Assembly: GCA_021818105.1 (NCBI GenBank)
Contig: JAKAFB010000001.1
Coordinates: forward strand, 65,902-129,901
Reading direction: 5' to 3'
DNA from: Acidobacteriota bacterium
GTDB taxonomy: Bacteria > Acidobacteriota > Terriglobia > Terriglobales > Acidobacteriaceae
Length of the DNA: 64,000 nt
Below the pieces are notes generated by a model. The model did no database searches. It worked only from the letters and a program-made list of their open reading frames with translations, and was not told the origin of the DNA. This document shows, in pieces, positions 59,839 through 64,000 of this stretch. The translations under genes were made by a program, and so were the position numbers. How positions within the stretch are numbered: position 1 is the stretch's first letter; every line of letters begins with the position of its first letter.

Positions 59839-60080
59839 CTGGAGAAACCCGACGGGAGAGCAAAGATGTGGAACCCTGGAGCCGACGCAGCGCACCTCGC
59901 TCCGGCTCAAGGTCGTCGACAATCCCAATAAACGAAAGCAGATTGATCGATATTTAATTTCGTATGATATAATATAATTTCGTTTTGTAACGGTTTTGGA
60001 CATTCGAAATCAAAATGTACGATTCCCCTGCATTTTACGGATGATCCTCCCCGAAAGGCCAACGATCCGAAGGAGCAAGG

Positions 60081-61133
60081 ATGAGATACGGAGCGATCAC
60101 TTTACGCGAGATTTCCAATCAACCCGATGTGTGGCTGCGCTGTTTGCAGACCCTGGACGCTCTGGATATCGGCCGATTGACGGCGGGCAGGCGGCCGTTC
60201 TCTTATAGGTGGGTTTTTATTGGCTGTGGCACAAGTTACTATCTGGCTCAGGCAGCGGCTGCCTCATTCATCTCCCTAACCGGCGCATTTGCTTGCGCAG
60301 TTCCGGCCTCCGAGATGCTGCTTTATCCAGGGTTATCGGTTGCGGGCGATGACGGCGCGATCTTCCCGGTGCTGATCTCGCGCTCAGGCCAAACATCGGA
60401 GGTGCTGCAGGTAGCGGAGGTTCTAAGACGACGTGACGTCGAATTTCTGGGGATTACGTGCGATGGCAACGAGTTTTCGCAGCTCAGCCCCTACATGCTG
60501 CAGTTGCCAGTGAGCGAGGAGAGCACGGTAATGACCTCGTCATTTACTTCGATGCTGATGGCCCTCCAGTATATTGCTGCGAAGGTCTCCAGACAGGATG
60601 AGTTCGTTGCCGGTTTGCGGGCACTGCCGAAGGCGCTGGCAGGGCTATTGCCGGTCTATCTCCCTGAGGTCGAGCAGCTTTCTCAGCGGTCGTTTGAGGA
60701 TGCGGCTTTTCTAGCGCAGGGAGTGCTTTATCCCATCGCTTCAGAAACGGCGCTCAAGGTGATGGAGTCGTCTTCCAGCTACGCGCAGTTTTTCCATACC
60801 CTCGAGTTTCGTCACGGCCCCAAATCGATTGTGTCGGAGAAGGTTCTTGTCGGCGGGCTGATCTCGGAGGCGGGGTACGCGGAAGAGAGCGCAGTGTTGA
60901 TGGAGATGAAGGAACTGGGAGCATGCACCCTGGCGATCGCCAATTGTATCTCGCCCGAACTGCGCGCATCGGCAGATCTGGCGATCGAGCTTGCTCAACC
61001 AATGCCTGAGCTCGCTCTTTTGTCCATTTACGTGGTCTGGGGACAGTTGCTGGGCAGTTACATCGGACTGCGCAAGGGGCTTAATCCAGACTCGCCGCGC
61101 CATCTTAGCCGCGTGGTAACGCTGGAAGGTTAG
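60081..61133 (+). CDS. Double SIS-domain sugar-phosphate deaminase/deglycase (AgaS/FrlB/GlmS-like)
   Basis: EISNQP, GCGTSY, ISRSGQTSE, ALKVME, EFRHGPKS. Confidence 0.88.
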   Translation: MRYGAITLREISNQPDVWLRCLQTLDALDIGRLTAGRRPFSYRWVFIGCGTSYYLAQAAAASFISLTGAFACAVPASEMLLYPGLSVAGDDGAIFPVLISRSGQTSEVLQVAEVLRRRDVEFLGITCDGNEFSQLSPYMLQLPVSEESTVMTSSFTSMLMALQYIAAKVSRQDEFVAGLRALPKALAGLLPVYLPEVEQLSQRSFEDAAFLAQGVLYPIASETALKVMESSSSYAQFFHTLEFRHGPKSIVSEKVLVGGLISEAGYAEESAVLMEMKELGACTLAIANCISPELRASADLAIELAQPMPELALLSIYVVWGQLLGSYIGLRKGLNPDSPRHLSRVVTLEG

Positions 61134-61139
61134 AACCCA

Positions 61140-62075
61140 ATGCGCAAGCGACTGGACGTTGCCATCGCCGGGGAGATCAACCTCGATCTTATTCTTTACG
61201 GGCTTCCCGAGAAGATGCCTGTGGAACATGAGATCCTGGCAAGCGACTTTCGTCTCACTCTCGGGAGTTCTTCGGCAATTCTAGCGCATAACCTAGCCGC
61301 ACTGGGTGTCTCTGTCGGCTTTATCACGCTGCTCGGGAAGGACGCGCTCGGCGCCATGGCGCTGGATCGACTAGCGGAGAAAGGTGTTGACTTGAGCAAA
61401 GTCAAGCACGCATCCGGCGGTGTTTCTACCGGAGTAAGCGTGCTGCTGAATCACGCGAGCAAACGCCATATTCTTACCTATCCGGGCACCATGTTTGAGA
61501 TGGTGGTCGGAGATCTCGACCTGGACTACCTCGCAACGTCCCGTCACTTTCATCTTTCCTCGCTCTTTCTTCATCGGGCACTCAAAGCGCATCTTCCCGG
61601 TGTATTCAGGCAGCTCAAGGCCAGAGGGCTTACTCTGTCGCTCGACACCAACGACGATCCGGAGGGCCATTGGGGATCGCCGCTCGATGAGCTGCTGGAA
61701 ATGGTCGACATCTTCCTTCCCAATGAAGATGAAGCCCGCCAGATCACAGGCGAGTCCGACCCTGAGGCGGCACTTACTGCCCTGGCTGCACGTGTGCCGC
61801 TGGTGGCCATGAAATGCGGGAGCCGGGGTGCACTCGTGCAGAAGGGCACGCAGCGGTGGGCAGTTCCCGCTACGCCGGTCGCGCCGGTGGACACAATTGG
61901 GGCCGGCGACAGCTTCAATGCCGGATTTCTGGCCACCTGGCTCCGAGGCGAAGCGCCCGATGTCTGCGCCGCTTTCGGCAATCGCGTTGCCGCGCTCTCC
62001 ACGCTATGCCCGGGAGGGACGGAGTCATTTCGCGATCCAGGCTTTATGAACAGTTTTTTGTTGAGATCTCAATAA
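61140..62075 (+). CDS. PfkB family carbohydrate kinase
   Basis: GSSSAILA, FLPNEDE, DTIGAGDSFNAGF. Confidence 0.92.
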   Translation: MRKRLDVAIAGEINLDLILYGLPEKMPVEHEILASDFRLTLGSSSAILAHNLAALGVSVGFITLLGKDALGAMALDRLAEKGVDLSKVKHASGGVSTGVSVLLNHASKRHILTYPGTMFEMVVGDLDLDYLATSRHFHLSSLFLHRALKAHLPGVFRQLKARGLTLSLDTNDDPEGHWGSPLDELLEMVDIFLPNEDEARQITGESDPEAALTALAARVPLVAMKCGSRGALVQKGTQRWAVPATPVAPVDTIGAGDSFNAGFLATWLRGEAPDVCAAFGNRVAALSTLCPGGTESFRDPGFMNSFLLRSQ

Positions 62076-62321
62076 ATCGGGCCGTTGGCTGCGGAGAATG
62101 GCGAGCCGGTTTTGAAGGTGTAATGGCGCCTGATTTGAGGCAGATATCAGATCACTCTTTGCACTGGCCGCCATTGCCGGGCCAGCGCAGGGAAGCCATG
62201 TGCAAGGCAGTTATCTGATTGATTATGAAAAGACTATCTTGAGGCGCTCAACGATTTCCTGAGTACAAGAAACGCGATAAGCATATTATAGAAAAATATT
62301 CACGATATTCAGCAAATTTTC

Positions 62322-62350
62322 TTGACAAGTGCGCTTTAATATATTATGGT
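62322..62350 (+). promoter_or_regulatory. Sigma-70 promoter TTGACA-N17-TATGGT upstream of the TonB receptor
   Basis: Consensus -35 at 62322-62327 and TAnnnT at 62345-62350 in an AT-rich intergenic region. Confidence 0.6.
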
Positions 62351-62625
62351 TCTTATTCTTATGGGAGAGGTTGGCTTGGCGCGCTGGCGTTAGTTCAGAA
62401 CTTCGAGATCGCTAGATATGTAGCAGCCTTTTCTCGCAGGCCAGCCAATCGAGGAATTGAATTCTTGCCAATTTGCCTCGCCCATTTGCCTGAAGAGTGT
62501 GTGGCGGCTGGGGCCTGGCGGCATACGGCGCTGGCCCAAACCGGGAATCGATCAAAACCCGGGACACGTAGTTGAGAAAACAGAGAGTCAAGAAAACAAA
62601 CCAGGGATATTCCGCAAGGAGGCAC

Positions 62626-64000
62626 ATGAAAGGACATCGGACATTCATAGGGTTTTGCTTTACACTTTTCCTCTTGCTCTCCACGTCGGCGGGCATTGCT
62701 CAGACCATTACCGGCGCTGTGCGTGGGACGGTGACCGATTCGAGTGGCGCCGTCGTCGTGAACGCAAAGGTTACGGCGACGAATGTGGGTACTGGGGTGG
62801 CCACGAGTGTTACGACCAATAAAGATGGCTCGTACAACATAGAGTTTCTGCCGATTGGGGAATACAAAGTCACGGCCACGTCCGCGGGGTTCGCGGAGTC
62901 GTCGATAAGGCCGTTCAAATTGCAGATCGATCAAGTTGCCAAGATCGACATACAGCTCCAGGTAGGCAATCGTACGGAATCGATCAGCATATCGGCAGCG
63001 ACGGCGCCGATTCTGAATGCGGAGAATGCGACGCTGGGCATCAGTCTTAGTTCCAACACGCTCCAAAACATGCCCATGAATGGACAGAACGTTAACTTTG
63101 CGTCGATGTTCGTGCCTGGAACCGTGAACCCGACTGTGGGATCGATGGGCGATCTGCAGGGTTCTGAGCGCGATACGCGTATTGGTTCGAGCGGCCAGGG
63201 CGCACAGGCGGTGCCGTCGTTTAACGGCAATCGCCAGCAATCGAACAACTACGTGCTGGATGGAATCGAAATCAACGAGACGCTGAATAACTTGATTGGC
63301 TACTATCCATCTCCCTATTCGATCCAGGAGATGCGCGTGATTACCGGCAACGCAGACGCGGAGTACGGCAACGTGGATGGTGGAGAAGTGGTTCTGGTGA
63401 CCAAGAGCGGAACAAACCAATTCCACGGGAACGCCTGGGAATACTTTGAGAACCAGAATCTGACCGCTAACACATGGTTCAACAACCTGAAGGGTGTGGC
63501 AAAGACGCGATTCACCCAAAACCAGTATGGCGCAGCGGTGGGCGGGCCGATCCTGAAGAACAAGCTCTTCTTTTTCGGAGACTATTCCGGAATGTACTAC
63601 ACAGTGCCCACGAGCCAGGGTGTCGCCAGCGTGCCGGACGCGAGAATGCGGACAGGAGATTTTTCCGAGGTTCTGGCAACCGAGGGAATTCAGTTCTACA
63701 ACAACTCAAATGGAACCGGCAGCGCCACGCCGTATGTGAACAACCAGATCCCGATCGTGAATCCGGTGGCGAAGTACCTGTTCTCAAACACCAAGGCGTT
63801 GCCAATGCCCAATAACACTGCACATGTTCTACCTGGAACAGTTACATCCGGGAACTATATCGGCTATACCAGTTCCCACAATGCCAACAATCAGGGGGAT
63901 GCACGGATCGATTACACGATTGACAACAAGAATTCGCTGGTTGGCAAATATACGTATGGCGATGCATACGACGCCACGACACAAAACGTTCTACCGACCA
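62626..64000 (+). CDS. Oar-type TonB-dependent receptor with carboxypeptidase-regulatory-like N-domain (runs off the window)
   Basis: AGGAGG RBS; my translation gives signal peptide, GTVTDSSGAVV and NNYVLDG; absent from the ORF track because no stop lies in the window. Confidence 0.92.
   Translation, partial: MKGHRTFIGFCFTLFLLLSTSAGIAQTITGAVRGTVTDSSGAVVVNAKVTATNVGTGVATSVTTNKDGSYNIEFLPIGEYKVTATSAGFAESSIRPFKLQIDQVAKIDIQLQVGNRTESISISAATAPILNAENATLGISLSSNTLQNMPMNGQNVNFASMFVPGTVNPTVGSMGDLQGSERDTRIGSSGQGAQAVPSFNGNRQQSNNYVLDGIEINETLNNLIGYYPSPYSIQEMRVITGNADAEYGNVDGGEVVLVTKSGTNQFHGNAWEYFENQNLTANTWFNNLKGVAKTRFTQNQYGAAVGGPILKNKLFFFGDYSGMYYTVPTSQGVASVPDARMRTGDFSEVLATEGIQFYNNSNGTGSATPYVNNQIPIVNPVAKYLFSNTKALPMPNNTAHVLPGTVTSGNYIGYTSSHNANNQGDARIDYTIDNKNSLVGKYTYGDAYDATTQNVLPT

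Overview
High-GC bacterial chromosome segment, most likely Acidobacteriota (inferred from the Oar-type TonB receptor and gene content). It has three parts. (1) 1-9963 is core chromosome: glgC, an ECF-sigma/zf-HC2 anti-sigma/DUF5668/DUF4097 envelope-stress operon, a cytidylate-kinase-like gene, alr, a Na+/solute symporter and an initiator-type tRNA-Met(CAT). (2) About 9920-31525 is an integrative conjugative element (ICE) inserted at that tRNA. It carries a large serine recombinase whose C-terminus and stop codon are the antisense of the tRNA, two orphan DNA methyltransferases, a rearranged VirB-type T4SS, a toxin-antitoxin pair, two SSBs, two wHTH/nuclease-like relaxase candidates, an oriT-like region, an RHH protein, VirD4 and VirB11. 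(3) About 31528-64000 is a large sugar/amino-sugar catabolic locus ending in a truncated TonB-dependent receptor; I found no second att copy, so it may be ICE cargo. The most unusual observations are: a 36-bp covarying hairpin element inserted in-frame (42 bp with a 6-bp flank repeat) into two different ICE genes; a 167-codon gene nested in the +1 frame of the C5-methyltransferase; a conserved box upstream of three ICE operons; the integrase/tRNA overlap; a relaxase module without an HUH motif; and a signal-less ApbE coupled to a Tat-exported Gfo/Idh/MocA enzyme with a TGAS motif. All family assignments come from motif recognition by eye; no database searches were run.
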